Origin: Macrostomum lignano
Taxonomy: Eukaryota
Direction: 5' to 3'
Assembly (NCBI GenBank): GCA_002269645.1
Contig: NIVC01002429.1
Coordinates: forward strand, 62,001 to 126,000
Length of the DNA: 64,000 nt
The position numbers and the translations under genes were made by a program. The stretch's first letter is position 1. Each line of letters opens with the position of its first letter. The notes under the pieces are model-generated. The model did no database searches. It was not told where the DNA came from and was given only the letters and a program-made list of their open reading frames with translations. Of the stretch, positions 1-13,714 are shown piece after piece.

Positions 1-283
1 CGAGGCAATTAAAGTCGCCTTGGTTGCGTGCAGAGGCACCGGGGAAAGGGGGGAGAGGACGGGATTGGGATTTGACTTTGGCTATTGAGCAGCTGAAGGC
101 AAAAAGGGGGAGGAGAGAGAGTGAGTCGGGGTGAGCAGTCTTTCTCCGCTTTCTTCTTTTTCTCTTTTCTCCGTTTTGCCTGCCTAAATAATCTTCTTTG
201 GGGCAACTGTTTGGCTTATGTAGTTGCTTTCTTACTGGTTTAATCCTAATTGAATTGACCCTCGCTAATGTAGCCGGTGTGCT

Positions 284-684
284 GTAGTCTGTAGCTACAG
301 CAGTTACTGTCATTCAGTCTGTAGTCTGTAGCTACAGCAGTTACTGTCATTCAGTCTGTAGTCTGTAGCTACAGCAGTTACTGTCATTCAGTCTGTAGTC
401 TGTAGCTACAGCAGTTACTGTCCTGCAGTCTGTAGTCTGTAGCTACAGCAGTTACTGTCATACAGTCTGTAGCTACAGCAGTTACTGTCATGCAGTCTGT
501 AGTCTGTAGCTACAGCAGTTACTGTCATTCAGTCTGTAGTCTGTAGCTACAGCAGTTACTGTCCTGCAGTCTGTAGTCTGTAGCTACAGCAGTTACTGTC
601 ATACAGTCTGTAGCTACAGCAGTTACTGTCATGCAGTCTGTAGCTACAGCAGTTACTGTCATACATTCTGTAGCTACAGCAGCC
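284..684. repeat. 37/30-bp minisatellite with a palindromic CTGTAGCTACAG core
   Basis: Direct tandem copies of agtctgtagtctgtagctacagcagttactgtcattc; lies in the AhR intron downstream of exon 2. Confidence 0.95.
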
Positions 685-1597
685 TCTACTAGGCTACTGC
701 TCCAGAGCTAAAATTATGGAAAACTCTGGCAAAATTTCAACATTAGCGCACACCCTCAGAGTTTCCAGAAAGTTTTTCCGCAGCAGCAAAAAGCTGGTAG
801 TGTTTTTTGATGCCATTCCTTAGGAGCCGAAAAATTAATTTACTATTTAGCGACCAGTTTTTTTCACAATTGCTCTCTGAGTTGAAAAAAACCACCGAGA
901 GAATTCTTTGTCTCGAGCTGCCCCACCACCTGGTTTTGGAGGCGGTGCCACAGCGGGGTGACCCACATGCGGCAAGCGAGGACGAACCCGGGCGGGACCC
1001 CCCGGACTCCCCGTAGATGCACACGGGCTCCTGCCTCCCCCCCCCCAGTGGCTGTTTTGAGTCCCTGCCGCCCCCCTGCCAGGCATGTTGGTGCCCCTCA
1101 GCTCAGCGGGTTCTATCCGTTCTCTCCCCTACACTTTGCCGCCCCTCCCAGTCATTCTTCCCGATTCTGGATGCTGCAGCTCGGCCCCCCTTTTTAAATA
1201 ATAATCGTCCTGAGGGGCACCGGCTGCGTTGATTAACAGCCTTAAAGGGCAGGAAATCCCTCCTATACCCATTCTGTCCCCGCTGATCCTTATCATCCCA
1301 GCACCCTTCCATTCCACACTAGTCTGGGTCATTAAAAACTACTCAGTATATACCTGTGTTTTTAAAGGGAAGATAATTACATACCAGAGGAGGAAAGTGC
1401 CACTTTTTCCGGGTTTCTATACTCCCGAGTTTCTGAAGTCGGCGAAAATGGGGCGGTTTGGTGGGAGTGGCACGTGTGGGCTGCTTCTGATTCAGAAGCA
1501 TAGTCCAGGAGAACAATGGAAATCTTGTTTCGGTTTATTTGGCACAGATGTACCAATTTGTCAGTTCTGGTAGTTGTTCACAGCTAAGTTTGTCATC

Positions 1598-1688
1598 TGT
1601 ACACAGCCAACTATAACATCCGTACACAGCCAGCTATAACATCCGTACACAGCCAGCTGTAACATCCGTACACAGCCAGCTCTACCAT
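1598..1688. repeat. 23-bp short tandem repeat (about 4 copies)
   Basis: gtacacagccagctataacatcc repeated just inside the intron after the AhR exon 2 donor. Confidence 0.85.
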
Positions 1689-1725
1689 CTTTAAGTGATA
1701 TACATGTACGCATAGTTTCGCTTAC

Positions 1726-1934
1726 TCTGAAAGAAGACTTTAATCCGCAGGTAGGACACGGCCAGCCGCAGGATTGACAGCTTGTCAAGTTTGGCGATGA
1801 CACTCTGATCGAACGGTAGCAGGCTGGCCAGGTGGTCCAGCTCGCCGTTGAGCCGCTCCCGGTGCCGCTTTGACGGATTGGACTTGGCGTTGCAGTCCTT
1901 GGCGCTCGGTGCGCAGCGCTTGGCGCCATTGTTG
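1726..1934 (-). CDS. AHR: Aryl hydrocarbon receptor/spineless, coding exon 2 (bHLH domain)
   Basis: Translates to [69 protein letters not shown], the AhR-type bHLH (KSNPSKRHR...LASLLPF...[15 protein letters not shown]). Acceptor ttttag at 1935, donor GTAAGC at 1725. This frame is not in the ORF track. PAS exons must lie left of position 1. Confidence 0.95.
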
Positions 1935-3639
1935 CTAAAATTATACGAATAGATAGATAGCTCTTTAAAATATAAGTTATAGTATCAACGAGGAGTTTCC
2001 GAGATTTCAGTTCAAATTTAAAGGTGCTTGTTTTTCTGTACTTATGCACTCATTTATTAGACATATTTTGGTTCTCTCCCCGGCGGGGGGCTTAGTGGCT
2101 AGTCCACATATACTAAATCTGTAAACTTTGTCTATATCAGTACAGGTCTTCTTTATGCTAGTCCATAGAATCTTGAAACTGTCTGATCGTGTTCTAAATG
2201 TCGTTCCTTTAGTGAGGGAGCGTGTCAAATTAAATTAAAGCCGGAAAATATGACTGTCCTCTAATAGTGCTTTGTATGCGTAGCGAGGAAATCTGCTTAG
2301 GGTATATTTTGTATCTCGCACTCTCCAGCAGCACCAAGCAACTATGAGCTGCGGAATGCCAGCTGGCTCAATGGGAGCGATGCAGAGAATATCTGGCCGC
2401 ATAGGCATGTCCAGGGGAAACGCTTTTGAGTTGTTAGGACAATTTTCCTGTCAATCAATCAGGCTAGTAGTTGTTTCGAATTCTCCCGTATATCAAATTT
2501 CATGTCCGGTCTTGTTTCCAACGGTTGTCCCCCACCCCCAATACATCAAATACTCGTATAGTGGAAGCGCCAGACTTCAATGCACTTCCTTGATTTGAAG
2601 GGATGGGAAACTATTTTTCGCTAATATTTAGAATCCCAGATTGAAGCCAGAATTTCCGTGACTGAAGTTGGAACGAGCGAATTCAATTGAAAAAACGGGG
2701 GGGGGGAGGTTAGAGAGAGGGAAGAAGGGAGGCTACTAATAAATATAGCCAGCAGCAGCTCCTAGCCCCAGGTAATGCTTATGGGAGGATGTGAACTTGT
2801 CAATCAGCCGCAGCCCGCCCAGTGTCCGCACGCGAACACCTCGTCCAGAGAAGTCGTTCGGGATAAAAATCGGGTAAGGGAGTTGACTCTTGAAAAGTTA
2901 GGCCTCGATGTAGGGGGGGGGGCTCTCTCCCTCCCCTCCAGTCCCACCCTAGGACTAATGAAACCCAATATACTATTCAGTAAAAAATGCTTTGGTCCAG
3001 ATAGCAACGATAAAATAGATTTGAACGGTTATTGAGTCGCCACCGAGATTGCGGCCTCTGCTGGGCTTCCGGGATGCGCAGGTTACGAATGGGGGAATCG
3101 GGAGGCGGGGAAGCTGCCGCCGTGCTCATATTTATTAATGATGTCCAGATGCCTTGAAATCCCAGCGGTGGAGGCTGAGGCTGACATAAAAAACTTACAA
3201 CCCAAACCCCGCAAGCTCAAAAAACCCCTAGCCTCATCCCATTCCAGATTTTCTTTATCCCATCGCTTAATTCCCCTATCTCTTATTTATACATATATAT
3301 TCTTCTATACGCGCGTACATACTTCGGAGTTATAGGTGTTCACCCGCAAGGCGTCTGTTGACACCCCATTCCGACTGTACTAGCGGCAACTTCAGTCATT
3401 CAAGCAGTAAAATTGTTGGGCCATAAAAACTGGTTTTTTTTCGGGTTGATAATCTTCTGAGATGGGGTGTGCGTTTTTTCAGGAGCAGCTCTCTCGCTCC
3501 TGAATTTGAGAATTTTATGAGCTTCGCTTTTGCATGCTCAAACATCGTTTGGCTTGACTTAATAATTCTGAGTGAATATAAAATTGCCACCTCACTACCA
3601 TGGTATGTGGGATTGTGCATATGCTGTTTACTACATCCC

Positions 3640-4915
3640 AGTGTTTATCTCAGAGTCTCAGTGCTTATCTCAGTGTTTCAGTGTTTATCTCAGAGTCTCA
3701 GTGCTTATCTCAGTGTCTCAGTGTTTATATCAGTGTCTCAGTGTTTATCTCAGTGTCTCGGTGCTTATCTCAGTGTCTCAGTGTTTATCTCAGTGTCTCA
3801 GTGTTTATATCAGTGTCTCAGTGTTTATCTCAGTGTCTCAGTGTTTATCTCAGTGTCTCAGTGTTTATATCAGTGTCTCAGTGTTTATCTCAGTGTCTCG
3901 GTGCTTATCTCAGTGTCTCGGTGCTTATCTCAGTGTCTCAGTGTTTATCTCAGTGTCTCAGTGTTTATCTCAGTGTCTCAGTGTTTATCTCAGTGTCTCG
4001 GTGCTTATCTCAGTGTCTCAGTGTTTATCTCAGTGTCTCGGTGTTTATCGTAGTGTCTCAGTGTTTATCTCAGTGTCTCGGTGCTTATCTCAGTGTCTCA
4101 GTGTTTATCTCAGTGTCTCAGTGTTTATCTCAGTGTCTCAGTGTTTATCTCAGTGTCTCGGTGCTTATCTCAGAGTCTCAGTGTTTATCTCAGTGTCTCG
4201 GTGCTTATCTCAGTGTCTCAGTGTTTATCTCAGTGTCTCGGTGTTTATCTCAGTGTCTCGGTGTTTATCTCAGTGTCTCAGTGTTTATCTCAGTGTCTCA
4301 GTGTTTATCTCAGTGTCTCAGTGCTTATCTCAGTGTCTCAGTGTTTATCTCAGTGTCTCAGTGTTTATCTCAGTGTCTCAGTGTTTATCTCAGTGTCTCG
4401 GTGCTTATCTCAGAGTCTCAGTGTTTATCTCAGTGTCTCGGTGCTTATCTCAGTGTCTCAGTGTTTATCTCAGTGTCTCAGTGTTTATCTCAGTGTCTCG
4501 GTGTTTATCTCAGTGTCTCGGTGTTTATCTCAGAGTCTCAGTGTTTATCTCAGTGTCTCAGTGTTTATCTCAGTGTCTCGGTGCTTATCTCAGTGTCTGT
4601 GTTTATCTCAGTGTCTCGGTGTTTATCTCAGTGTCTCAGTGTTTATCTCAGTGTCTCGGTGCTTATCTCAGTGTCTCAGTGTTTATCTCAGTGTCTCAGT
4701 GTTTATCTCAGTGTCTCAGTGTTTATCTCAGTGTCTCAGTGTTTATCTCAGAGTCTCAGTGCTTATCTCAGTGTCTCAGTGTTTATTTCAGAGTCTCGGT
4801 GCTTATTTCAGTGTCTTGGTGTTTATCTCAGAGTCTCGGTGCTTATTTCAGTGTCTTGGTGTTTATCTCAGTGTCTTGGTGTTATTCTTACTGTCTTAGT
4901 GTTTATCTGGGTGTG
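3640..4915. repeat. 20-bp minisatellite GTGTTTATCTCAGTGTCTCA (about 60 copies)
   Basis: Direct tandem copies; accounts for the SVSQCL ORFs. Confidence 0.97.
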
Positions 4916-5729
4916 TCTAGGTGTTGCACTATCACCCAAAAGACCACAAAAAACCCACTGAAAGTCAATACTCAGAGCTCCATTCGACCAAAAGAAGAAT
5001 TGTCTGACAAAATTACACTGACTGGGCTTCTAAAGCAACATTAAGCTCAAAATTGCTAGCATATAGGTACAAATTCAACGGAGGATGAAGCACACAGCGG
5101 ATTATCCCATAATTATCCGTTCGGGTTAGAACGGGAGCGGCGCTTCAGCTCTGCTTATGTATAACAAAAAAGTCGTTAGAGTAAAAATAATACAGACAAT
5201 TGTTAAGAGTTTTAGGTGGGCGTGGCTTGAAATCAGAAGTGGGTTGAAGCAGAACTTTGGTGACGCAGTTAATAACTGGGTTTTTCTCCCAGAGAGAGAG
5301 AGAGAGACAGAATGCTCAATGGGTCCCGTTGAGCGGGGGTGAAAGTCTTGTGAAACAAAAAAATGTAAAACAAATTGAAATTGCTGCAATAGTTAGTTAA
5401 AACCAAAAAAATTGTTAGCCTCTGGCTGAAACACACAATGGGTTTTTGGCTGAGGTAGTCGGGCCCGCACACACGCAAATTTGGTCAACTGGGTACCTGC
5501 TGGCACCCTTAATAGACAAGGGGGCAGCTTTAGCAAGATCCACAGGATTATAGCGGTTGGAACAGACGAATGGGGGATAAATTCCGCCAGAAATATTCAA
5601 ATTTGGAGTTTCCCGGCCTCTTTGCCTGACAATTTTATCTCATAAACCTGTTTTTTTGTACAAAAAAAACTGATTCGATGTTTTTTAAATGGTCATTATT
5701 TTATCTGGTTGCATAAGAGAATGACTAGA

Positions 5730-6165
5730 GGGGAGATAGTAGATAGGAGTGAGTATAAATGAGAGAGTAGATGGGGTTGGAGTAGAGAGAGGAGAGAGTA
5801 GAGGGTAGAGAGTAGAGACAGATGTGATTACAAAGTAGACAGCAAAGAATACCTCGTAGAAGATGTGAAAGTAGACAGGATAGACTAGCTAGGGCGAGAG
5901 TAGAGAGTAGAAGGGGAGAGTAGAGAGTAGAAGGGAAGAGATTAGAGAGTATAGAGTAGAAGGGGGTAGAGTAGGGAGGAGAGAGTAGCCAGAGGAGAGA
6001 GTTGAGGGTAGAGACGAGAGTAGGCAGGAGAGAGTAGAAGGGGAGAGATTAGAGAGTAGAGAGTAGATGGGGTTAGAGTAGATAGAGGAGAGAGTTGAGG
6101 GCAGAGACGAGAGTAGGCAGGAGAGAATAGAAGGGGCGAGATTAGAGAGAGGAGAGAGTAGAAGG
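5730..6165. repeat. AG-rich low-complexity tract
   Basis: gagagtagag/gaggagag motifs, purine-rich on the + strand. Confidence 0.85.
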
Positions 6166-6777
6166 CAAAGGTGAACTCCGACCAGATCAGCTGACTTTGG
6201 AAGGCCGACCCACAAAACGGACGGGCCTGCAAGATCCAACAGGTAGCAGATCTGACAGGGCAGTCGCAAAGCTACTTGGGAGGCTGGCCTAAACAAAAGA
6301 CATCGCGCATTCCCTAAGAGCTCGCCTCCCATCGCGCTCCAGCGACTTGAGGTGTTGGGTGGAGTGGGAAAAATCCAATATAGGATTTCAAAGATTCTCG
6401 CTACGCGGTTTCCCTTATCGAATGCTTGGATTTTTTACACAAAAAAGACGACTCACTACTCAACCTCTTCAAAGTTGCTGCGCTTTTTTGCTGCTGCTGC
6501 TGCTGCTTCTGAAAAGACAGCTGGGGTGGCGTCGGGGTAAAGGGACACAAATCCGTTTTGAGAAGAAAGAAGCAGGCAAAGGCAGGGACAGGCGAAGGCC
6601 CCCCCCCAGCAAAGATCCCGGCAGTCACGCAATGGAAAGCAAAGCTAAAAACAGGGCGACGGGGGGAGATTTCCCAAACCGATTTCAAGCGGAAACAGTC
6701 GGATGGTGCTGGTGTAGGCGGGCGAATCAAGGTAAGTCTAACAGGCACAAAACTCTCGGTCATTTCTAAACTCTAGA

Positions 6778-7540
6778 GCAGGAGACAGATAGAGAACCCA
6801 GCGCATCAATGCGGGCCAGAGTAGGGCAGAGAGGAGAGGGAATAGGGAAGAGAGATAGGAGAAAGGAGAGGCTAGGGAATTAAGGAGAAGAGGGGAGACG
6901 TAAGGAGAAAAGAGATGAATAGGAGAGGAGAGTAGAGGAGAGGAGAGGAGAGGAGAGGAGAGGAGAGGAGAGGAAAGGAGAGGAGAGGAGAGGAGAGGAG
7001 AGGAGAGGAGAGGAGAGGAGAGGAGAGGAAAGAGAGAGGAGAGGAGAGGAGAGGAGAGGAGAGGAGAGGAGAGGAGAGGAGAGGAGAGGAGAGGAGAGGA
7101 GAGGAGAGGAGAGGAGAGGAGAGGAGAGGAGAGGAGAGGAAAGGAGAGGAGAGGAGAGGAGAGGAGAGGAGAGGAGAGGAGAGGAGAGGAGAGGAGAGGA
7201 GAGGAGAGGAAAGGAGAGGAGAGGAGAGGAGAGGAGAGGAAAGAGGAGAGGAGAGGAGAGGAGAGGAGAGGAGAGGAGAGGAGAGAGAGGAGAGGAGAGG
7301 AGAGGAGAGGAAAGGAGAGGAGAGGAGAGGAGAGGAGAGGAGAGGAGAGTAGACGAGAGGAGAGGAGAGGAGAGGAGAGGAGAGGAGAGGAGAGGAGAGG
7401 AGAGGAGAGGAGAGAGAGAGAGGAGAGGAGAGAGAAGAGAGCTGAGAAGAGACACAAACCTAAAGCTAGCCGGATTATTATTGTGAAATTTTAAAGGACC
7501 CGAAGGCCGGATAGATTCCCAAATCCTTCCAGGGTTCCCT
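6778..7540 (+). mobile_element. Degenerate copy of the AG-tract hAT MITE family with an expanded (GAGAG)n core
   Basis: Left flank cagatagagaacccagcgcatcaatgcgggccaga and right flank aaaggacccgaaggccgg resemble the subterminal parts of the 22197-22765 element; (GAGAG)n at about 6920-7440; no clear TIRs. Confidence 0.5.
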
Positions 7541-9076
7541 CAGCAGCTTGGCTTAAGGGCCTTGGCGATTGCTCCTGCTATTGAAAGCTGTAATGTTTAT
7601 GATTGTGAATAATATGAAAATTGGCATATTTTCCAGTTATTAACAAATACGCTTACCTCCTAATATAGAGAGAATGGTGTAGAATCCGAGAGAGCATGGC
7701 ACTCAGCAGCAGTAGCAGTTGGAGAGGACCACTGTCGCAGTGCCGTCTCTCCACTTGATGGCGACACGCAGCAGACTCCGAGCGTACCTCCTACAGACTC
7801 CCCGCCGACAAGAACCGACCCCCCCACAGAGCGAGAAGCAGTCAAAAGGGCGCCCTGGCGTCATCACCCCCCTGGTGTAGTCAGCCACTCTGTGCGCATT
7901 CTCCGCCATGGATGTCTAATACTCTAGAGATCTGGACCAGGAAACATAGGCTCTACTTGTAACTGTAACTGTACCATTGTAATCGTATTTTGTAATCTGT
8001 AATTGTAATTGTATCATGGCCTTTTTTGCCTGGCCAGCTAAAACCTGTGCCTGTTAATAGCCATAGACGCATTAATGCTTGTTAATTACCTCGTAGAGAA
8101 AGCAGTTGACAATTAATTAGTTGATACAACGAAGTGTCTATGGCCGAAGCTCTGTTTAGGCTTTTCCCCCAGTCAAAGTGTCCATCTGCGCCGCTCCAGA
8201 TACTCTATCTAGAACTCTGGTGCTCTCTGCAGCTGGCGCCTCTGATCAGCTCTACATTTCTCAGCATTATTTCCTGCCCACTCAGTGTCTGCCTGGCTGT
8301 CTCGTCTCTGTAGGTCGCATTTACAGAAACTTTCTCGGCTGGTTAAAAGCTTTGTCATTAAAATAACCCAATTTAATTATGACTTTCCTTACTAAGTACG
8401 AGCGTATATAGTGCATTAGAGTAATAGAATACTCGTATTTTTGAGAATAGACAAGCATCAAATTCAGACACCACAATTCAACTGTTGATAGCGGCCAATA
8501 ATAAGCGCGTCATGCCCTGTCAGTTCCACTTAAACGCTCACCCTATACTTCTCAACTTTCAACTTCAACAGCAGTCCTCCCCAATTATGCAATGTTGCCA
8601 AAAAACACACACAGTTAATTTCTCCTGCACTCTCCGCTCCACTTGTTCTCAACAATTGACTGTCAATTGTAATCTTGAGTTTTATAATATGCCATTGGAG
8701 CAGCGACAGGCCAAATAATATAAATGAAAAATCTGAGAACAAAAAAGGGGGCGGAGCCCTAAGCTGTGTTGTGTTATTCTTTTGCTGCGGAAACATGATC
8801 TATACTCACCTCTGCAGCTCGGAGTCTCATGGCCTATACGAGGCTATGGGAAGAATGAGAGAAAGGGGAAATTGCAGTGTGGTTTTGCAGGTGTGTTTTT
8901 TTGGGGAGATTCGAGATTGGCTTCCCAGTTTTGTTCTGCGCATTCTGACAGATCTAACTGGTTTACTCGCTCTTCTGTCTGTTATACACTAACTCTATCA
9001 GATATGAAACTGTAACCTGCTGGTGTGCGTCATTATGCTTTTATCTATTTTCAATGCTCTGCCTTCTGCTTCCATT

Positions 9077-9460
9077 CTAACTTCTCACTCTACTCAATCT
9101 AGCCGATCTACTCACTCTACTCAATCTAGCCGATCTTCTTATACTCAATCTACTCATTCTACTCAATCTACTCAATCTACTCAATCTACTCAATCTACTC
9201 AATCTACTCAATCTACTCAATCTACTCAATCTACTCAATCTACTCAATCTACTCAATCTACTCAATCTACTCAATCTACCCAATCTACTCAATCTACTCA
9301 ATCTACTCAATCTACTCAATCTACTCAATCTACTCAATCTACTCAATCTACTCAATCTACTCAATCTACCCAATCTACTCAATATAGCCAATCTACTCAA
9401 TCTACTTATTCTACTTAATCAAGCTACTCAATCTACTCAATCTACCCAATCTACTCAAGC
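9077..9460. repeat. 9-bp repeat (TACTCAATC)n
   Basis: Direct tandem copies; accounts for the STQ and LSR ORFs. Confidence 0.97.
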
Positions 9461-10439
9461 TCTCACCCTGCAGAAGTTTCACTCAGTTCAGCCGACAACA
9501 AGCAAAACTAACAGCAAAGTGAAGGTTCGCTGGTGGGCGGAGGGCTGTCAGACCAACCCAGAGCCACCCACCCCCCTTGCACTCAACTTTTTGCGCAACA
9601 GAGAGCTAACGTTCTCCTATTATTGGAAAGGAAAATTGCGAAATAATGAGGCAGACAACATTGTTAGGACTATTATATAGATGGGAAACAGATATACAGA
9701 TTGGAGTGCTCTAAACGATGATTGCTAAAATTAAATGCTCTTCCATAGAGAAGTTGCGCAATTTCTCTCGAGTCAACTCCAAAGCGTTGCGTGCATCAAA
9801 ATTTTTAAAGGAACCGACTTAAAATGCGGCAACTGTTTTCAAACTCCAAATTCGAATATCTAGTAAACTATCTTGATAGAGACTCGCCATCAAGGGCCTC
9901 GGTATTAAGGCGGGATGGTCCGCTAACTCTTGTCCTCGATCGGCCATGATTGCTCCACACTATATAGATAAGCATCTAAAATCCGCCAGGTAACCAACGG
10001 ACACCACCTGAGGCTTAAGGAATCTCATCATCATTTAATATCATAGTCGCGATATATGCAGGAATTGATCCGAGAGAGGGAGACAGACAGGTGATCTACG
10101 CCCTCGCTCCGGTGCGCACAGATCACAGAGCCAATGCTCACACGTGACCCGCGCCTGTCTCCCCCGCCATCACGAGTAATGTGTCTGCATTGCGGAGATT
10201 TTGAAAGAGAAAGGATATTTTAGCCAATATAGACAATATAGTAGAGTTTTTTTTGTTCCACCATCAAGATAAACCGCAGACACGCATGTCCGAGCTGTCC
10301 GAGCCGTCCGCACCGGCCTGCTCGTCCAGGTTACAGCCTGTCAGCTTTGATTGAGACTGCAGCGAGTCTCTGACACACAGATTCTGATACCGTGCTGTGC
10401 TTTCTAACCATCATGGAATCTGAGTCCTGACGAGCAGCT

Positions 10440-11615
10440 CCGAAACTATTAAGCTCCTAAACTCCTAAACGCCTAAACTCCTAAACTCCTAAACTCCTAA
10501 GCTCCCAAACTCCTAAACTCCCAAACTACTAAACTCCTAAACTACTAAACTCCTAAACTCCTAAACTACTAAACTCCTAAACTGCTAAACTCTAAACTAC
10601 TAAACTCCTAAACTCCTAAACTCCTAAACTCCTACACTCCTCCTAAACTGCTAAACTCCTAAACGCCTAAACTCCTAAACTCTTAAACTCCTAAACTCCT
10701 AAACTGCTAAACTCCTAAACTGCTAAACTCCTAAACTCTTAAACTCCTAAACGCCTAAACTCCTAAACGCCTAAAATCCTAAACGCCTAAACTCCTAAAC
10801 TCCTAAACGCCAAAATTCCTAAGCTCCTAAACTCCTAAACTCCCAAGCTCCCAAACTCCTAAGCTCCTAAACTCCTAAACTCCTAAGCTCCTAAGCTCCT
10901 AAACTCCCAAGCTCCTAAGCTCCTAAACTCCTAAGCTCCTAAGCTCCTAAACTCCTAAACTCCTAAGCTCCTAAACTCCTAAACTCCCAAGCTCCTAAGC
11001 TCCTAAACTCCCAAGCTCCTAAACTCCTAAACTCCTAAGCTCCTAAACTCCTAAACCCCTAAACTCCTAAGCTCCTAAACCCCCTAAACTCCTTAGCTCC
11101 TAAGCACCTAAACCCCTAAACTCCTTAGCTCCTAAGCATCTAAACCCCTAAACTCCTTACCTCCTAAGCACCTAAACCCCTAAACTCCTTAGCTCCTAAG
11201 CACCTAAACCCCTAAACTCCTTAGCTCCTAAGCACCTAAACCCCTAAACTCCTTAGCTCCTAAGCACCTAAACCCCTAAACTCCTTAGCTCCTAAGCACC
11301 TAAACCCATAAACTCCTTAGCTCCTAAGCACCTAAACCCCTAAACTCCTTAGCTCCTAAGCACCTAAACCCCTAAACTCCTTAGCTCCTAAGCACCTAAA
11401 CCCATAAACTCCTTAGCTCCTAAGCACCTAAACCCCTAAACTCCTTAGCTCCTAAGCACCTAAACCCCTAAACTCCTTAGCTCCTAAGCACCTAAACCCC
11501 TAAACTCCTTAGCTCCTAAGCACCTAAACCCCTAAACTCCTTAGCTCCTAAGCACCTAAACCCCTAAACTCCTTAGCTCCTAAGCACCTAAACCCATAAA
11601 CTCCTTAGCTCCTAG
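10440..11615. repeat. 8-bp (AAACTCCT)n array that becomes a 32-bp higher-order repeat
   Basis: ctcctaaa units; from about 11080 the unit is ccctaaactccttagctcctaagcacctaaac. Confidence 0.95.
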
Positions 11616-12384
11616 CCTCCAAATTCTTACAGTTATGAAAAAGTTATAGAACAGAGAATAGGAAACTTCTACCGAGTGAGAGTATGGAGGCCGCACTGCG
11701 GCTCCTGAAAATTTAAGATTCTCAGCATTCGCAAGTCGCACTCACGATGCACATGGACTGCAGCGGGCAGACAGGTCGCGGGCTCGATTCTCTTGGGAGA
11801 TCCGATTTTTCCAATTTGATTTCATCATCATTCGCGAGTCGAATCAACCTCCAGTCTCATCCCCTCCCTTCCGAAAAATCATTTCCACAGGTGATGAAGG
11901 AGATTAAAAACAACTTCCCCTTCGCCAGCATCCTCAGGAGGCCTGCGCAGCGCATCATCAAAGGAGGCAGCGGAGGCTGGAAACCCGAACTTGCGCAGCA
12001 TCTCAGCTGAATGAAAAAGCAATATCCAAACCTCCTGACGCCCGGGCGCCCCGCTGCGCTGAGGGGATTAACGCACGAATGAGCTGCCGATCAGGCGATC
12101 TTTGATCAGCAAATCAAAACAGATTTATTTTTGCTTAGAGACAAGCAGGCAGGCTACAGAAGTTCCAGGCAGGTAAGGTGGTGCATTCAATATTCACTCA
12201 AGTCTTCCTATTGCGATTTTGTATTCAATTTTCGATTTTTGAGAAACCGAACCGCTAGGCCTCGGTGAGATGAAATTCGGGAAAATATTGCATGCAGTGC
12301 CTGAACACTCGACTGGAGCCGCTGATTCCTAATCGAATTACCGAGGTTTGCCCACCCGACTGAAGATTTTGCATCGAATCGGGA

Positions 12385-13665
12385 TAGAAATAGCACTCCA
12401 AGAATAGAAATGGCACCTATCGGGATAGAAATGGCACTCCTAGGATAGAAATGGCACCTATCAGGATAGAAATGGCACTCCTAGGATAGAAATGGCACCT
12501 ATCGGGATTGAAATGGCACTCCTAGGATAGAAATGGCACTCCTAGGATAGAAATGGCACTCCTAGGATAGAAATGGCACCTATCGGGATTGAAATGGCAC
12601 CTATCGGAATACAAATCATCGGGAGCACTTTTCGGGATAGAAATGACACTTATAAGGATAGAAATGGCACCTATCGGGATAGAAATGGCACCTATCGGAA
12701 TTGAAATGGCACCTATCGGGATAGAAATGGCTCCTATCGGGATAGAAATGGCACCTATCGGGATAGAAATGGCACCTATCGGAATTGAAATGGCAGCTAT
12801 CGGGATAGAAATGGCACCTATCGGGATAGAAATGGCACCTATCGGAATTGAAATGGCACCTATCGGGATAGAAATGGCTCCTATTGGGATAGAAATGGCA
12901 CCTATCGGGATAGAAATGGCACCTATCGGGATAGAAATGTCACCTATCGCGATAGAAATGACACCTATCGGGATAGAAATGGCACCTATCAGGATAGAAA
13001 TGACACCTATCAGGATAGAAATGGCACCTATCGGGATAGAAATGGTACTCCAAGAATAGAAGTGGCACATATCGTGATAGAAATGACACCTATCAGGATA
13101 GAAATGGCACCTATCGGGATAGAAATGGTACTCCAAGAATAGAAATGGCACCTATCGTGATAGAAATGACACCTATCAGGATAGAAATGGCACCTATCGG
13201 GATAGAAATGGCACCTATCGGGATAGAAATGACACCTATCGGGATAGAAATGACACCTATCGGGATAGAAATGACACCTATCGGGATAGAAATGGTACTC
13301 CAAGAATAGAAATGGCACCTATCGTGATAGAAATGACACCTATCAGGATAGAAATGGCACCTATCGGGATAGAAATGGCACCTATCGGGATAGAAATGAC
13401 ACCTATCGGGATAGAAATGACACCTATCGGGATAGAAATGACACCTATCGGGATAGAAATGGCACCTATCGGGATAGAAATGACACCTATCGGGATAGAA
13501 ATGACACCTATCGGGATAGAAATGGCACCTATCGGGATAGAAATGGCACCTATCGGGATAGAAATGACACCTATCGGGATAGAAATGGCACCTATCTGTA
13601 TAGAAATGAAAAATGGCACTCCTAGGATAAGAATGGCATGGCACCTATTTGGAAAAATGGCACCT
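12385..13665. repeat. 21-bp minisatellite ATAGAAATGGCACCTATCGGG (about 55-60 copies)
   Basis: Direct tandem copies ending about 50 bp from the AhR exon 1 donor; accounts for the IEMAPIG ORFs. Confidence 0.97.
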
Positions 13666-13714
13666 ATCGAGATAAAAAAGGCACTCCGAGGAACAAGCGG
13701 CAAAGGACACTCAC

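Noticed and set aside
1561-2049. 162-aa ORF from the track
   Set aside because: It overlaps AhR exon 2 in a different frame; the AhR frame has the homology and the splice support.
3469-5044. Long ORFs (SVSQCL...) on several frames
   Set aside because: They are translations of the 20-bp array, open in several frames with no unique sequence. The same applies to the ORFs at 9.0-9.4, 12.5-13.9, 14.0-15.8, 18.4-18.8, 24-26, 26.5-27.4 and 38.3-39.3 kb.
24-9793. Five XRE-type TNGCGTG motifs in the AhR introns (24, 2829, 5472, 6626, 9787), suggesting autoregulation
   Set aside because: About one per 2 kb is expected by chance on both strands, so there is no enrichment.
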